Source: an uncultured Kiritimatiellota bacterium (lineage in GTDB: Bacteria > Verrucomicrobiota > Kiritimatiellia > RFP12 > UBA1067). From it: a DNA stretch of 64,000 nucleotides. The translations under genes and the position numbers were made by a program. Every line of letters begins with the position of its first letter. Position 1 is the stretch's first letter. Below the pieces are notes generated by a model. The model was given only the letters and a program-made list of their open reading frames with translations, ran no database searches and was not told where the DNA came from. The DNA lies in the NCBI GenBank assembly GCA_934667425.1, contig CAKULV010000010.1:2297-66296 (forward strand), given 5' to 3'. Of the stretch, positions 63,431 through 64,000 are shown one piece after another.

Positions 63431-64000
63431 ATGAAACGGATAGGCATCTACGTGGAACGGCACAGGGCCTGGGGGCGGCAGGCCTGCGAAGGCATCTGCG
63501 CATTCGCGCAGGAACGGCGGGACTGGTCCCTCTCGATGCTTGAGCCGGACGACTTCAAGTCGCCACCCGCATTGGCGAGATTCGACGGCTTCATCGCAAG
63601 GGTGCCGAATGCGCAGGTTGCAACCGCCCTGCGGCAGACGCGCAGGCCTGTCGCCGACCTGACCCGCGAAGCCGTCTCGAAAGGGCTTTTCCTCCACACG
63701 GCGCGGCAGGACAACGCCGCCATCGGCAAGCTCGCCGCCCGGCATTTCATCGAGCACCGGTTCACGAACTTCGCGTTCTGCGGCTACGCCGAGCGGCGGT
63801 TCTCGAACGAAAGGCGGCAGGCCTTCTGCCGCTATCTCGCGCTCAACCGCTTCACCGCGGAGAGCTACGACAGCCCTCCCACTGCGGTGCAGGACTACGA
63901 CACCGCCACCGCCAGCCACGAGGCGTTCGCCTCCGCTCCGGATGTGAAGCGCCTCATGCGCTGGCTCAGGAGGTTGCCGAAGCCGGTTGCCGTGTTCTGC
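63431..64000 (+). CDS. 5' part of a XylR-type regulator (periplasmic-binding-protein-like sensor domain; an AraC HTH is expected beyond the window)
   Basis: Not in the supplied ORF track. I translated 190 stop-free codons from ATG 63431 to the window end: MKRIGIYVERHRAWGRQACEGICAFAQERRDWSLSMLEPDDF..FDGFIARV..AIGKLAARHFIEHRFTNFAFCGY... This matches the N-terminal pattern of XylR/AraC substrate-binding regulators. Confidence 0.7.
   Translation, partial: MKRIGIYVERHRAWGRQACEGICAFAQERRDWSLSMLEPDDFKSPPALARFDGFIARVPNAQVATALRQTRRPVADLTREAVSKGLFLHTARQDNAAIGKLAARHFIEHRFTNFAFCGYAERRFSNERRQAFCRYLALNRFTAESYDSPPTAVQDYDTATASHEAFASAPDVKRLMRWLRRLPKPVAVFC

Overview
64-kb window from a high-GC (upper-50s % by eye, not computed) diderm bacterium, shown by BamA, Skp and Lnt. 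A chlamydia-like V-type ATPase B subunit, PATR/beta-helix giant proteins and a heavy CAZyme load suggest the PVC superphylum (Lentisphaerota/Victivallales- or Kiritimatiellota-like); this is inference only. I call about 48 protein genes and find no tRNA, rRNA, CRISPR array or recognisable transposase/integrase. Genes at 1-22.7 kb are on the + strand apart from rarA. This block holds housekeeping genes (glgP, bamA-skp, tgt-yajC, cysE, an exonuclease) interleaved with secreted carbohydrate-active proteins. It also holds an apparently orphan V-ATPase B subunit, a truncated hydrolase remnant and a KorB-gamma fusion with no alpha subunit. From 22.8 to 60.5 kb there is an unbroken run of 29 called genes on the - strand. 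It mixes core genes (fba, recR, ybaB, purC, yggS, prmC, an AICARFT-only purH, CBS-pyrophosphatase, lnt, tyrS) with accessory glycan genes. The accessory genes are GH31, a metallophosphoesterase, an 854-aa unknown, a 1041-aa beta-helix protein, an HGSNAT-like acyltransferase and a PIG-L deacetylase. Further along come kduI, an orphan PTS-EIIC-like permease, an MFS transporter, a 1807-aa two-module glycosidase, a 670-aa unknown and a 1153-aa CBM/PATR protein. A divergent NarL-type two-component system and a XylR/AraC-like regulator follow; the regulator's ORF runs off the window end and is absent from the supplied track. The most interesting signals are listed here. (1) The two giant PATR proteins share an extreme C-terminal tail (..PYGMAVVIR* and ..QPGFVMQIR*) and have no known anchor domain. 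(2) TGnTAnAAT boxes recur 7-8 nt upstream of start codons, implying leaderless mRNAs. (3) The 13.2-16.4 kb segment combines the orphan atpB, the hydrolase remnant and the KorB-gamma fusion. (4) An uronate-type glycan locus carries a signal-peptide-like KduI and a lone EIIC. (5) A 13-nt poly-C tract lies upstream of the PIG-L/HGSNAT-like operon. (6) An AT-richer two-gene module (FRG-like protein plus small ORF) sits at the left edge. All family assignments come from motif recall; no database search was run.
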